Source of the DNA: Armatimonadota bacterium
GTDB taxonomy: Bacteria > Armatimonadota > SYMT01
DNA length: 64,000 nt
Direction: 5' to 3'
NCBI GenBank assembly: GCA_041690135.1
Contig: JAWLHY010000010.1
Coordinates: 96,001 to 160,000 of the forward strand
Below the pieces are notes generated by a model. The model was given only the letters and a program-made list of their open reading frames with translations, did not search any database and had not been told where the DNA came from. Positions within the stretch are counted from its first letter, which is position 1, and each line of letters opens with the position of its first letter. The position numbers and the translations under genes are program-made. Of this stretch, positions 9,275 to 19,925 are shown piece after piece.

Positions 9275-10981
9275 TCAGCGGCGCTTCAACTCCCACTCTG
9301 CGAGGGGGACGGGGGCCAGAACGCGGGACGCATAGCGCTGGTCGTGCCGGACCGCGTTCGTAGCGACGACGGCGTTGGCGGGGAACTCCAGGCCGAATGG
9401 CTCGCCGGTATTGGGGTTCGGCTCGTAGAAGGGAGCGCCGGTGCTGGCTACCGTCACCCGGATGCGGTGCCCCTTATTGAAGACGTGACCTAGCCAGCCG
9501 ACCTGGAACGGAACCCGGTAGACCTTTTCCGGCTCCATGAAGACCTCCTTTTCGAAGCCGTCCCGGTAGCGGGCCCGCCGGACGTAATCGATCAGGAGAA
9601 TGGAGCGCCCGTCCGGATAGACGTCGCTCACGCGCACGATAAAGTCCGTATCCTTCGCGGAGGAGGTGACGAACAGCTCGGCACGGACCTTCCCGTTCCA
9701 TTCCACCGGCTGTTCCAGGACTTCGGTCGTGAAGGTGCGGACCTCCGCCTGCTTTTCGAAGTCTCGAGCATCCTTGGCGCCGGGGAAGGCACGGCCGGGG
9801 ATCTCCGCTGGCTGATGCGGATCGGCTTTGAACTCGGTGGCACTCCGGGCGGCCTTCGGTTTGCTGTTCGTCAGACCGCCCCGATCCTGGAGGTAGTAGG
9901 AGACATCGCGGGTGGACTGGGGCCAATCCGGCACCTCCCGCCAGTCGTTGCCGGGTGCGCCCATCTCTCCGCAGGCGCCTGTGACGTAGTAGCGAACCGC
10001 GGGATCCCGGTCCGCGCCGTTGTCCACCCCTTTCAGGTAGTGGTCGAACCAGCGGATCATGAGCGCCGGAAGGTCGATGGTCGCGTTCGCCGGGAACTCC
10101 AGGTCGCCGATCTTGCTGGCCTTGGCGCCCCCGTGCAGCCACGGCCCGATCAGCAACTTCTGATTTTCGCGAGAGTTAGGCCCGCCGTGATGCTGGCGGC
10201 CGATGTAGCTCTCGATGGAGCCCTGGTTCATAAAGTCGAACCAGCTTCCGAGCGTAAAGCAGGGTACGTCCATCCGGTCGAAGTGTCGGCTGCAGTCTTC
10301 CTGCGCCCAATAGTTGTCGTACGTCGGGTGCTGGAACCACTCGGCGAGCAGGCGGCGGTTGTCGGCCGGGTTCCGGCAGATCCCGTCCATCTGCTTGAAC
10401 CGCTCGGGACGGGTGGTCCCGCCGATGCGGTAGCCTTCCTGATAGAGGCTGAGCCCGGTATCGGTCATGAACTGGGCGACGAGGTGCGGTGGACGGGTGA
10501 TCGCGAGAAAATTCTGGGCGTATCCCGCCTGCGAGCCGCCGAAGGTTCCGATCTTGCCGGTAGACCAGGGCTGGCGGGCCAGCCACTCCACGGTGTCGTA
10601 GCCGTCGCGCAGGCTCCCCCACCCCAGGGCCCGATAACCGACCCAGGTCCCTTCCGACAGGTGAGCGCCGCGGAAGTTCTCCCCCACCACTACGTAGCCG
10701 GCGCGGGCCAGGCGGGCGTAGCTCTGTCGCGTTCCGGCACCCCGAAGGCTGGCATAGCGCTGCTCGTACAGCACCGGCCAGGGACCCTTGCCCGGTGGAA
10801 AGTAGAGGTAGGCGGAAAGCCGGTTGCCGTCCCGCATGGGGATCATTACATGGCGCTCGGTCACCCCGCCCAGGTCCAGGGGCGGATCCCCGGTCAACTG
10901 CGCGCTCACCGGCGCCAGCACGCCCGCCGCCGCCACCGCACCCAATATCGCCACCCCGAACTGCCGCCGCTTCATCAGCAC
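9275..10981 (-). CDS. CocE/NonD family serine hydrolase (secreted)
   Basis: IPMRDG, DGYDTVEWLARQPWSTGKIG, G-S-Q-A-G nucleophile elbow, IGPWLH, PepX_C-like tail. Confidence 0.93.
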   Translation of the reverse strand: MLMKRRQFGVAILGAVAAAGVLAPVSAQLTGDPPLDLGGVTERHVMIPMRDGNRLSAYLYFPPGKGPWPVLYEQRYASLRGAGTRQSYARLARAGYVVVGENFRGAHLSEGTWVGYRALGWGSLRDGYDTVEWLARQPWSTGKIGTFGGSQAGYAQNFLAITRPPHLVAQFMTDTGLSLYQEGYRIGGTTRPERFKQMDGICRNPADNRRLLAEWFQHPTYDNYWAQEDCSRHFDRMDVPCFTLGSWFDFMNQGSIESYIGRQHHGGPNSRENQKLLIGPWLHGGAKASKIGDLEFPANATIDLPALMIRWFDHYLKGVDNGADRDPAVRYYVTGACGEMGAPGNDWREVPDWPQSTRDVSYYLQDRGGLTNSKPKAARSATEFKADPHQPAEIPGRAFPGAKDARDFEKQAEVRTFTTEVLEQPVEWNGKVRAELFVTSSAKDTDFIVRVSDVYPDGRSILLIDYVRRARYRDGFEKEVFMEPEKVYRVPFQVGWLGHVFNKGHRIRVTVASTGAPFYEPNPNTGEPFGLEFPANAVVATNAVRHDQRYASRVLAPVPLAEWELKRR

Positions 10982-11030
10982 AACCTCCGGGAGTGAGGTT
11001 CACTCCCGGTCGGTTGATTTCCTCGGCAGG

Positions 11031-12905
11031 TTATTGAGCCTGCGCCGCCTTCACAGCCGGGACAAGGTCCGGAATGATTTCCATAATGGCGAAAGCCATT
11101 TCGTCCGTCGTCTGTTCGCCGAACCGCACGCGCCGCGGCGGGTTGCTGGGATTGAGCGGATTGTCGCTGGTGTTATCCCAGTAGGCCACAACCTCGACCT
11201 TGGTCCCCTTCGGCAGCCGGAGTGGCTCCTTGTACCGGTAGGAATCTTGCCAGCGGTAGTCCCAGTTCGTGATCCAGACCAGGTTCTTGTGGGTGCCGTC
11301 CGGAAGGGTGGCAGTCACTTTCATCTCCTTCCCCAGCAGGTGCATGTGCGGCATGATGTTGAGCACCTGGATCGGGGCGGGAAGGGTGATGGAGAGGCGC
11401 TGCTCGTGGCGCGGCGCGTTCGGTGGGATATCGATGTTGAAGGGACCCCAGATTGCCGTGTGAGCCGTGCGAGTCACCGGCTCCTTGGCAAAGTAGAGCG
11501 CCACCTGGGTCCGATCCATCTCGACCTTACCCGTCTTGTGGTAGTGGACCTGGATCAGCACGTCGCTTCCCTTCGGGAGCGGACGCCCCACCCCGGTGGG
11601 AAGGAAGCGCGGGAGGTTGCCCGGAGCCCACACCCCCTGAATGCGCGCGTTGGGCACCTTGACACCACCTGGCCCGGAGGCATAGCCGGGGCCCGGATGG
11701 GCGGCATCCAGCTCGCGCCCCTTGCCGGAGGTATCCACAAAGCTGACCACGTGGTGGACTACGCGCGAATTCCCGGGCCGGAAGTCCACCGCCACTACCT
11801 GCTTGTCTTCCACCAGGTTCGTAGGCAGTACGAAGACGTGGAATTCATCATCGCCGGAGGCACCCACCTGGTACTCCGCGCTGGGCTCCAGCACCAGATC
11901 GGGTTTACCGAGCATCCACTCGTCCGACCACGACTTGGGCGGGGGCGCGTCCTTCTTCTTTCCTTCGGGTGCACCTGCGTCGGCCCATTCCGCCAGGGTG
12001 GCGATCTCCCGGTCGGACATCCGGCGTACGTCCTGGAACTCGCCATGTCCGGGCTCCGCCAGCCAGGGCGGCATCTGCCGGTTCGCCGTAAACTCCTTGA
12101 TCTCGGACGCCCAGGATCGGGCATCCGCGTAGGTCATCAGCGAGAACGGCGCGATCTGTCCTGGTCGATGGCACGCCTGGCATCGCTCTTGCAGGATGGG
12201 CGCCACGTCCCGGTGATACGTCACCTTGCCGGTCCCAGCCTTCGCCGTCTTCTGCGAGCGGGCGATGGCGCATCCAAAGGCCCGTGTCTCCGCCTTCGCC
12301 ACGGCTTTCCCCGCAAGCACGGCTTCCAGCGCCTCGCGGAGATCGTGGGCCTTTGCCTCACTCCGCTTCCGAGTGCGCGAGGCATACTGATCGTCGATCC
12401 GGCCCCGGTACCGGACGGCAAATCCCGGGTCCAGCACGAACACCTCGGGGGTGACCCGCGCCTCGAGCGCATCCGCAAGCGCCTGTCGAGGGTCCTTCAG
12501 AACCGGGAAGGGTAGGCTGTAAGCTTTCGCGTGCGCGGCCACCGCCTCGCGATCTTCCGCTGGATTGGCGTTCACTCCTACAAACTGCACGCCACGTTCC
12601 GCGTACTGGCGGGATAGGGCCGTCAACTTCGGCGCATAGCTGTTGGCGATGGGGCATTCCGTTCCCAGGAAAACCACCACCAGGGCTCGCGCATCCGCGT
12701 AATCGACCAGGGCCCGTGACTTTCCGTCCTGGTCCGGTAGGCGGAGAGTGCGGAGCTTCTCGGAGTTCGCGGGCGACTTCTCCGGCGCAGCCTGTGCCAC
12801 CCCGGCTCCAACCTGACAGATGCCGACTGGCAACAACAATCCCAGGCTCACAAGCGCGAGGGCTTTCGGTCCAACCCATCGAGTGTTCATCAAACGAATG
12901 TTCAT
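11031..12905 (-). CDS. redoxin + cytochrome c + copper type II monooxygenase-like protein
   Basis: FLGTECP and YRGRIDD (redoxin); CQACH (heme c); VVHH, PHMHLLG and DEM (Cu-ligand motifs). Start uncertain. Confidence 0.85.
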   Translation of the reverse strand: MNIRLMNTRWVGPKALALVSLGLLLPVGICQVGAGVAQAAPEKSPANSEKLRTLRLPDQDGKSRALVDYADARALVVVFLGTECPIANSYAPKLTALSRQYAERGVQFVGVNANPAEDREAVAAHAKAYSLPFPVLKDPRQALADALEARVTPEVFVLDPGFAVRYRGRIDDQYASRTRKRSEAKAHDLREALEAVLAGKAVAKAETRAFGCAIARSQKTAKAGTGKVTYHRDVAPILQERCQACHRPGQIAPFSLMTYADARSWASEIKEFTANRQMPPWLAEPGHGEFQDVRRMSDREIATLAEWADAGAPEGKKKDAPPPKSWSDEWMLGKPDLVLEPSAEYQVGASGDDEFHVFVLPTNLVEDKQVVAVDFRPGNSRVVHHVVSFVDTSGKGRELDAAHPGPGYASGPGGVKVPNARIQGVWAPGNLPRFLPTGVGRPLPKGSDVLIQVHYHKTGKVEMDRTQVALYFAKEPVTRTAHTAIWGPFNIDIPPNAPRHEQRLSITLPAPIQVLNIMPHMHLLGKEMKVTATLPDGTHKNLVWITNWDYRWQDSYRYKEPLRLPKGTKVEVVAYWDNTSDNPLNPSNPPRRVRFGEQTTDEMAFAIMEIIPDLVPAVKAAQAQ

Positions 12906-13024
12906 GCGGAAGTACCTCAATCGTCCAACATGATTGCAGACGACGACACCTGTGGGGTGGTTATCCTGTTTCGGGCACATCCATCAGTGCGTGCCCTCTG
13001 TCTCGAAGGAGAGTCGAATCCGTT

Positions 13025-13771
13025 ATGCGTAAGCGGGGTTTCACCCTCATTGAACTTCTGGTGGTTATAGCCATTATCGCTATCCTCGCCGCCATCCTCT
13101 TCCCGGTCTTCGCCCGTGCCCGCGAGGCCGCCCGGGCCACGAGTTGCCGGAGCAACCTGAAGCAGATCGCGACCTCGATGCAGATGTACATCCAGGATTA
13201 CGACGAAACGCTGCCCTACGCCCGGGTGAACAACGCCGGCGGCAGCGCCACTTGCGATGAGGTATTCAACAGCGCGTACTGGAGCGGGTATGTGGGAAAC
13301 CTGCTGGTTCCCTACATCAAGAATGCCGGCGTCTGGAAGTGCCCCAGCCAGGGCACCACGCTCTGGAACCACGGAACGTCGACCAATTGCAACGCCGATC
13401 CCCGGCTGATGCGCGTCTCTTACGGCTACAACCACTCCGGAACCGGCAATACCAGCGCCGCCGGGGCCAGCGGCACCTACCCGAACCTGGGCCAGTCGCT
13501 CGCCGCTGCGGTGCGCCCAGCCGACATCGTCCTGTTCTGGGACAGTGAGAACCGCTGGGCGGACGGTAACAATCTGTACAACCGCGACGTCGCCTGGTAC
13601 AACGCCCGGCAGTATGCAAACGGCGCCCGCCACTCGGAGATGCACAACTTCGCCTACCTGGACGGCCACGTGAAGTCGGCGCGACTCGACCAGATGAAGC
13701 TGGGCAACTTCTTCAACTTCGCGGACAACGATCCGCGGATCAACGCCTCGGTCACGTCTCCCTGGCCGTAG
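13025..13771 (+). CDS. DUF1559 prepilin-type N-terminal methylation / H-X9-DG domain protein
   Basis: [31 protein letters not shown]...SNLKQI...QDYDE; C-terminal [16 protein letters not shown]. Confidence 0.95.
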   Translation: MRKRGFTLIELLVVIAIIAILAAILFPVFARAREAARATSCRSNLKQIATSMQMYIQDYDETLPYARVNNAGGSATCDEVFNSAYWSGYVGNLLVPYIKNAGVWKCPSQGTTLWNHGTSTNCNADPRLMRVSYGYNHSGTGNTSAAGASGTYPNLGQSLAAAVRPADIVLFWDSENRWADGNNLYNRDVAWYNARQYANGARHSEMHNFAYLDGHVKSARLDQMKLGNFFNFADNDPRINASVTSPWP

Positions 13772-13780
13772 GGAAAAACT

Positions 13781-13833
13781 GGTGAGGGGTGAGATTGGTC
13801 CGGAGACCTTCCCCACTCCAACCACCCCTCACC
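13781..13833. repeat. 11-bp inverted repeat between convergent genes
   Basis: GGTGAGGGGTG (13781) and CACCCCTCACC (13823), followed by a pyrimidine tract. Confidence 0.5.
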
Positions 13834-13848
13834 CTCCCCTCTCCTCTT

Positions 13849-14979
13849 TCACCCGGAAGCGCTCACCGGAACCGTCTCGGCCGGCGGTGGTGCCTGGGGT
13901 CGGCGGTTGGCCCGCAGACCATGGATCATCCGCCAGAGGGCGTAGAAGATCCCGAGTGCGATGATCAGCCACCAGTGGAGGATGCGGAACCGGTTGGCCG
14001 GCCAGAAAACGATTTCCGCTCGCCCGATGAAACGGTCGCGGGCGAGGGCGCCCCACACGTGACCATCGGCGCTCTCGTTGCGGTTGTCGCCCAGCATCAG
14101 GTATTCGCCCTTGCCAAGCTTGATCGGCTCCATGGTGTAGCTGGGAGCTTCCTTGATATACGGCTCGGGGAGACGCTTACCGTTCACCAGTGTGTGGCCC
14201 GGATCTACCACCGCCTCCCGGCCTTCCAGGAGGATCAGGCGGGGTAGGGCGTCCGACCAGAAGACCTGGGCCTCCACCGCGGCATCCCCTCCCAGGCCCG
14301 CCAATCCCCGTTCGCGGGAGATGGTGGACCCTTCGGTCTCCAGCGCCACCTTGCCGTCGATCAGCACCCGCTCTCCCTGCATTTCGACCCGAGCACTTTC
14401 CCGGACCAGGACCTTCACCGGATCGTCGTGATAGACGAATTCCTTTCCATCTGCCGGAAAGGGCTCTGCCGGGACCGGCATCGGGAGCGGAGTCCAAACG
14501 TCGTCCATCAAGAGCACAGGACGGCCGTCCAGCAGAATGCGGGTGGGCAGAACCTCCACCGTCTCGCCCGGAAGCCCGATCACCCGCTTGATGTAATCCT
14601 TTTCATCCACGGAAGCAGCCCGCGGGGCTTTGAACACCGCAATGTCGAAGCGCTGCGGGTCGCCCACCCGGTAGATGAGCTTGTCGGCGATAAGGCGGTC
14701 GCCCGCCCCTTGCGACATCCGCGCTCCCGGCGTTCCCGCGGGGCCCAAAAGGGTCGGCTCCATCGAACCGGAGGGAATGTAGAACGTCTGGAAAATGAAC
14801 GGGCGGATCACCAGGAAGACGGCGACCACCGTCCAAAGGAGGACGGAGACATTCTCCGCCCATGCCTGGGCACCTGGGGTATGTCGCCCGGGGAACCGGC
14901 GAAGAAAGATCAGAATCCCGGCAAGAACCGCCACGGCGGCCAGGATCCAGTGAAGGGGAACCTCTGCTAACCATTCCAT
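13849..14979 (-). CDS. lepB: signal peptidase I
   Basis: IPSGSMEPTL (catalytic Ser), YIKRVIGLPGE (catalytic Lys), GDNRNESADG; two N-terminal and one C-terminal TM. Confidence 0.95.
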   Translation of the reverse strand: MEWLAEVPLHWILAAVAVLAGILIFLRRFPGRHTPGAQAWAENVSVLLWTVVAVFLVIRPFIFQTFYIPSGSMEPTLLGPAGTPGARMSQGAGDRLIADKLIYRVGDPQRFDIAVFKAPRAASVDEKDYIKRVIGLPGETVEVLPTRILLDGRPVLLMDDVWTPLPMPVPAEPFPADGKEFVYHDDPVKVLVRESARVEMQGERVLIDGKVALETEGSTISRERGLAGLGGDAAVEAQVFWSDALPRLILLEGREAVVDPGHTLVNGKRLPEPYIKEAPSYTMEPIKLGKGEYLMLGDNRNESADGHVWGALARDRFIGRAEIVFWPANRFRILHWWLIIALGIFYALWRMIHGLRANRRPQAPPPAETVPVSASG

Positions 14980-15052
14980 ATCGAAAGACTCCTGTAACCG
15001 GAGTGGAAACTCTCTGTCGAGGGCCCGGATCTTGCTTTCCGAGCCATAAGCA

Positions 15053-16333
15053 TTACTTCGGGTCGGGCGGAGAACCCTTTACCGTGGGAACAGGGGGGAC
15101 TTCCCCTCCTCGGGTTTGCCGCTCTCCCGAGTAAGATCGCGTCAGGATCCCCGCATCCGGCGCCACACGCAAGGTCTGTTGGCTCGCGGCCGGCGGCACT
15201 TCTCGCAGCGCCGCGTGCGTCACCCGCACGCTCGAAATCGAGGTGGCGATAACGAGGAATGCGGATGCCGCCAGCACCTGCTTCCACCGACACCAGTGGG
15301 TCCTGCGCTCTCGTCGGTCATCCAGCAGGCCCTCCACGCGCCTGGCGAGCATCCAGTGGCGGGGCTTGGAGGCCTTGAGCAGCCGGAGCCGGTGTCGTGC
15401 AGGGAGAGTGACCTGGCGGGCGGGACGTCCGCTTCCCACTTCTGTCTCCGGCGCGACCTCCTGGCAGGCGGGACGCCCACCCCGCTGGGAGGTGGGTGCG
15501 GAACCGGCGCCGGCGGCTACCGCCAGAAGTGTGCGGGCATACCCAACGGGATCGCCTTTCCTGAGCACATAGTTGTCGCACACCTCTTCCCGAGCGCGGC
15601 CTAGCTCGCGACCCAGTTGATGGACCAGCGGGTGCGGCCAGAAGAGGATCGTGGCCAGGTGTTGAAGGGCGGCCAACACGTGGTCACCCTGGGCCAGGTG
15701 GGCGCACTCGTGCGTGAGGATGTCCCGGAGTGCCTCGCGGGATAGGTGTTCCACCAGTCCTTCCGGGAGTAACACGAGCGGCTGGAACGGGCCGAGGACG
15801 ACCGGCCGGCGTACCCGTGACGAAGTGGCGATGGCGGGTAAGCCGCGCATTCCGACATCGGCCCGGACGTGCTCCAGCACATCTTGCCGGTTCGATAGAT
15901 CCAGCGGTCTGGCACTCCGGCGCAGGAGGAGCGACTGCCGTAGCCCTACCAGCGAGCGCACGGAGAGCACCGCTACTCCTGCCGCCCAGAGTGAAACCAC
16001 CAGCCATACGCCCTGCGATACCGGCTGGGGAGTACTTATCGCTGCGGAAGCGCGCTCCCCCTGAGCGTCCACAGTGCCCGACCCGGTGCCCGCACTTGCG
16101 GCCCAGGCGGCACCACCCAAAAGTGGCGTGCCCGCGCGCTCGACCCCACCGGCAATCGCCGGGGAAGCCAGGATGCAGAGCAGGGCGCAAAACGCGATGC
16201 TATGGCGGGCCGCGGGACTCCGGCGGCTGATGGTACGGACGGCTGCCAGGGCCAGGATGGCGATGACCGTTACCTGAAGGACTGTATCCAGGAGCAGCAG
16301 GAGCACGGGATCGCGGAAGTAGGAGACGATCAC
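15053..16333 (-). CDS. M56 (BlaR1/MecR1-type) metallopeptidase without a penicillin-binding sensor domain
   Basis: HECAH zincin motif, FWPHPLV, REEVCD; only ~50 aa follow the last TM. Confidence 0.9.
   Translation of the reverse strand: MIVSYFRDPVLLLLLDTVLQVTVIAILALAAVRTISRRSPAARHSIAFCALLCILASPAIAGGVERAGTPLLGGAAWAASAGTGSGTVDAQGERASAAISTPQPVSQGVWLVVSLWAAGVAVLSVRSLVGLRQSLLLRRSARPLDLSNRQDVLEHVRADVGMRGLPAIATSSRVRRPVVLGPFQPLVLLPEGLVEHLSREALRDILTHECAHLAQGDHVLAALQHLATILFWPHPLVHQLGRELGRAREEVCDNYVLRKGDPVGYARTLLAVAAGAGSAPTSQRGGRPACQEVAPETEVGSGRPARQVTLPARHRLRLLKASKPRHWMLARRVEGLLDDRRERRTHWCRWKQVLAASAFLVIATSISSVRVTHAALREVPPAASQQTLRVAPDAGILTRSYSGERQTRGGEVPPVPTVKGSPPDPK
15412..15485 (+). repeat. two REP-like direct copies inside the M56 gene
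   Basis: CCTGGCGGGCGGGACGTCCGC (15412) and CCTGGCAGGCGGGACGCCCAC (15460), 48 bp apart. Confidence 0.7.
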
Positions 16334-16334
16334 G

Positions 16335-16739
16335 CTACACAGCTCCCTTCTCCGCCCGGTCGATCACGGCGCGAATATGCGCGGCCTCCTCCCGGCTTAA
16401 CTCGCCGTCCTCCAGGAGGGCCAGTAGGAGGCCCTGGGTCGACCCACCAAAGACGGAGTCTACCAACCGCCGCACGAGGTGCCGCTGGGTGGTTTCGCGC
16501 GGATGGACGGCCTTATAGCGGAAGGCGTTGCGCTCGACCACATGGGTCAGCCACCCCTTTTCTTCCAGCCGCGTTACGAGAGTCTGGACCGTGTTACGGG
16601 CTACTCCTCGCCGGGACGACAGCTCCTGCCAGATCTCACCGACCGTGGCTTCGCCGTGGTCCCACACCACGTTCATGATCTCCAACTGCGCCTCCGACAA
16701 CGGTGGCGGCTGCGTTGCTTCTTCCATGGCTTCCTTCAC
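16335..16739 (-). CDS. BlaI/MecI/CopY family repressor
   Basis: LSEAQLEIMNVVW...TVQTLVTRLEEKG...FGGS; the start may instead be ATG 16727. Confidence 0.95.
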   Translation of the reverse strand: MKEAMEEATQPPPLSEAQLEIMNVVWDHGEATVGEIWQELSSRRGVARNTVQTLVTRLEEKGWLTHVVERNAFRYKAVHPRETTQRHLVRRLVDSVFGGSTQGLLLALLEDGELSREEAAHIRAVIDRAEKGAV

Positions 16740-16785
16740 CTACACTTGTAGGTGGATTATACCTACATATGTAGGCAGGTGTCAG
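16739..16785 (-). promoter_or_regulatory. sigma70-type promoter with two BlaI-family operators
   Basis: Minus strand: -35 CTGACA (16780-85), 18 bp spacer, -10 TATAAT (16756-61). Operators CCTACATATGTAGG (16762-75) and CCTACACTTGTAGG (16739-52) match the TACAnnTGTA consensus. Confidence 0.9.
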
Positions 16786-16910
16786 CTAATTTGCGGGAGG
16801 TCTTTTTCAGGGAGAGTGCGCGGTACCCCAGACGGAAAGCGGACGGGGTCCGGCCCCGGCGAGCGTTCAACCAGGAATTGCCGGAGGGCTATCGGTCCGC
16901 GGAAACGGCA

Positions 16911-16961
16911 CACAAAAATATTCCGTCGGGGCAGACCTCTTGAAGGATCTGCCCCGACGGA
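16911..16961 (-). terminator. intrinsic terminator after the DUF4142 gene
   Basis: 14-bp perfect stem TCCGTCGGGGCAGA/TCTGCCCCGACGGA followed by ATATTTTTG on the minus strand. Confidence 0.8.
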
Positions 16962-17063
16962 GCGGCTGTTCTTACTTTACCTGGAAGTTGTTCGACGGCC
17001 AGGTCGGGCCCACGATCATGGATACTGCTGGCCTGCCGCTTCCAACGGCATTAGCAGTGCCTA

Positions 17064-18080
17064 CTAATTGCTGGGGAAGAACTCCGCCAGCGTACGGCCC
17101 GCCTGGGAAACGGTCTGCCGATCGATCCCCAGTCCGGTGGACATGCGCCCGATATCTCCCCCGTAATCGCCGCGGAGGCGGTTCATCAGTACGGACACCG
17201 GCTGCCCGGTGCGGTGCGCCAGGTAGGCCAACTCCCCGGCACGGGTCGGTGATTGGCCGCGAAGCCGCCGGATGTCGTCATCCGAGAGTCGCAGGATGAT
17301 CTCACTAGCTGCAACGTCCCCAACCATCACCCGCGGCGTGCCTGCAGGTCCCAATGCCTGCCGTTGACCGGCCACGAGGCCTGAAGTCGTGCCCATCGCG
17401 GAAATCGCCGCCGGGAGCCCCACGATCTGCCGGGCCATCTGCAGATGATCACGGACGGCGGGTGCAAACCGCGATGCATAGGTCCTCACCCCGGCGTCGC
17501 CGGCCTGGTGGGCGTGGAGGTCATAATCGGCCAACGTGCGGGCGTGTGCCTTTAACTGGTAGCCCATATATGCCTGGTCGAATCTCTCACCGCTCAGTCC
17601 GGTGAGAAGCTCGCGGACCTCCTGAAGTTCCACCGGCATGTGCCGCAGGCCGAGCGCATCCAGGGTCGCCAGGTCGGCATCACGCAAGACTGTGGCGCCG
17701 CGATCCGCGGGCGCCATCCGGTCCGACAGGCCCAGCAATGCGTCCCGCTCGGCCGGAAGGGTTACATCCGCACTTCCAGCGAGGGCCATCAATTCCTGTT
17801 GGGCCTGCCGGTGCTCCTGGATCATTCTTTCCGCAAACTGCCGGACCTGGTTACGGGAGGCTCGCTGCACTGCCATCCGGGAGAGATCGATCTCGGCCAT
17901 GTTGCCGAGCGCCGCCGCGATCACGAAACGGCGATCCATCATTGATAGCCGGCCCTGACCGGCGGGCGTACCGGCAGCCTGGGCTTGCACGGACGGGGCC
18001 GCACTCGAGAGCAGGACCGTTCCGGTCAAAGTAGTCAGAACGAGAGTCAAGAACTTCCTCACGGTGTTCCTCCAGCGCAT
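17064..18080 (-). CDS. DUF4142 (ferritin-like) secreted protein
   Basis: Signal peptide; DRRFV..AA..NMAEI.LS.MA...V..FA..MI.EH; LSGERFDQAYM...HL.MA. Confidence 0.88.
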   Translation of the reverse strand: MRWRNTVRKFLTLVLTTLTGTVLLSSAAPSVQAQAAGTPAGQGRLSMMDRRFVIAAALGNMAEIDLSRMAVQRASRNQVRQFAERMIQEHRQAQQELMALAGSADVTLPAERDALLGLSDRMAPADRGATVLRDADLATLDALGLRHMPVELQEVRELLTGLSGERFDQAYMGYQLKAHARTLADYDLHAHQAGDAGVRTYASRFAPAVRDHLQMARQIVGLPAAISAMGTTSGLVAGQRQALGPAGTPRVMVGDVAASEIILRLSDDDIRRLRGQSPTRAGELAYLAHRTGQPVSVLMNRLRGDYGGDIGRMSTGLGIDRQTVSQAGRTLAEFFPSN

Positions 18081-18358
18081 GGGTCCGTGATTGCAGAACT
18101 CCCGGCAGACGAAGGAGTGGTCGTTCCGAAGTAGGCGCAGGGGTTACTCCGGCCGGGTGGTCGCGTCGCTGGTTGCGAGAGTGCTGCAAAGGAGCCAGTT
18201 ACGGCGCAACTTACCCGTGGGGATGGCGCTCCAAACCGCCGTTCCCAGGCGCGAGCCTGCCCGTTCGGCACTCCGGGCAGGGGGGCCTAACCGGAGTAGA
18301 AGGTGGTACGCGTACCCTATGGGGACGCTTTCCGCTCCTACTGAATCCGTGGGGTCCC

Positions 18359-19852
18359 CTATCTCCGGCCCGGTGGTGGGTAGCCTTTGGCGGCGTCATC
18401 CAGGACGAGGATCCAGTCGAGTTGCTCGCCGGGATCGGGGGAGAGGAACTCGCGGGTGCCGGAGTTCGGGAACTCGCCGATGGCCGAGGCTTTACCGCTG
18501 CGCGGGTTGTACCACCAGGCCTTCACCTTTGGGCCGGTGATCTTGTCCATCCGCACCGAGAACCGGCGACCGACCGGGACATAGACCATGGCATAGGTGC
18601 CGGCCGCGTCGCGCGTGGCGACAAAGCGGTAGCGCCCGGCGCCCGGGATAGACGTGGCGACCCGATCCGTGACGATGATCGAATCGTCCGGGATGCGGGT
18701 GAGGAAGGGTCGCGACTCGAGAAGCCGGCGCCCGTATTGCATCTGTGCTGCGCCCGGCTGGTCGATCGCTTTGTGCCAGGGCATGAGGGGGTTGTTCACC
18801 GGGTTTCGGCCCGGCTGCCACATCTGCCACACGGAATGGTGGCCATAGGTGTGACCGAACGCCCCGGTAAAGAGATTCCAATAAAGCGGTCGCCGCACGT
18901 CGGTGGAGGTCGAATGGCCGAAGTCGGAGGCCTTGAAGGAGACCGGGTGGTCTTCGTAGACGGGCTCGCCATCGATCACCGGCTTCACCGGGGCCCGGTC
19001 GTAATCCGTCCGGGTAGTGGCATAACGCGGGTTGAACTCCGCTACGTGGCCGTTCTGCCGCATGTTGAAGTCGAGCCAGTCCGCGTCATGGAACCACTGG
19101 GCGGAACCGGCGCCGCCGGGCGGATGGAAGGTGATCAGGTGTGAACCGCCGTCTCCCTTGCGGAGGCCTCGCGCCATGGCGTCGATAATGGCCCGATGGC
19201 CCTCGCTCTCGATGGGCCGGTCGCCCCCCACAATCCAGATGATGGGACGGTCCCGGTAACGGCGGCCCAACCACTCTCCGTAGGCCAGTGCGTTCTGCGG
19301 CGTGAAGATCTCCGGCCCCACGCCCCACTTCTTATTCCACTTGTCGCCCCAGGTCGGAAGCATCCCGATGTACAGGCCCAACTCCGCTGCCCGGTCAACC
19401 ACCCAGTCCACGTGCCGGAAGTACTCTTCGTTCGGCTGGGTCGGGTCGTCATTCTTCAGGGGCGTGTGACCATAGGGGTTCGGAACATGCAAACCGTCCA
19501 GTTCCGCGAGAACTACGGCCTGGATGACGGTGAAGCCCTTGGCGGCGCGGTCGCGGAGGTAGCGGTCCGCTTCTTCCCGGTCCAGACGGTGGAAGAGTTC
19601 CCAGGCGGTATCCCCCAGGTAGAAGAACGGCGAACCATCCTCCTCGATCAGAAAGCGCCGGTTCTCACTGACCCTGAGGCGCGGCAATCGCATGCTTCTC
19701 TTTCCCTTCTGTAAGGCGGTGGCAGCCGGAGAACCCGCACCTTGCACCTGCCTCACGGCTTGCGTCGTTGGGCGCGTGGCGGCGGCGGGTGTCCTCGCGA
19801 CGGCGGTGGAAACCGTGAGACACGCCAGGGTGGCGGCGAGAGCCGTTCGCAT
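18359..19852 (-). CDS. DUF4038 / GH140 (apiosidase-like) glycoside hydrolase with collagen-binding-like C-terminus
   Basis: [47 protein letters not shown]. Confidence 0.9.
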   Translation of the reverse strand: MRTALAATLACLTVSTAVARTPAAATRPTTQAVRQVQGAGSPAATALQKGKRSMRLPRLRVSENRRFLIEEDGSPFFYLGDTAWELFHRLDREEADRYLRDRAAKGFTVIQAVVLAELDGLHVPNPYGHTPLKNDDPTQPNEEYFRHVDWVVDRAAELGLYIGMLPTWGDKWNKKWGVGPEIFTPQNALAYGEWLGRRYRDRPIIWIVGGDRPIESEGHRAIIDAMARGLRKGDGGSHLITFHPPGGAGSAQWFHDADWLDFNMRQNGHVAEFNPRYATTRTDYDRAPVKPVIDGEPVYEDHPVSFKASDFGHSTSTDVRRPLYWNLFTGAFGHTYGHHSVWQMWQPGRNPVNNPLMPWHKAIDQPGAAQMQYGRRLLESRPFLTRIPDDSIIVTDRVATSIPGAGRYRFVATRDAAGTYAMVYVPVGRRFSVRMDKITGPKVKAWWYNPRSGKASAIGEFPNSGTREFLSPDPGEQLDWILVLDDAAKGYPPPGRR

Positions 19853-19925
19853 CGGAACCTCCAGGACAAAAATAGCCATTTAGGGTGTTGCTGGCACATT
19901 CGATCGCGGGCAGGCATGCCCCGGA

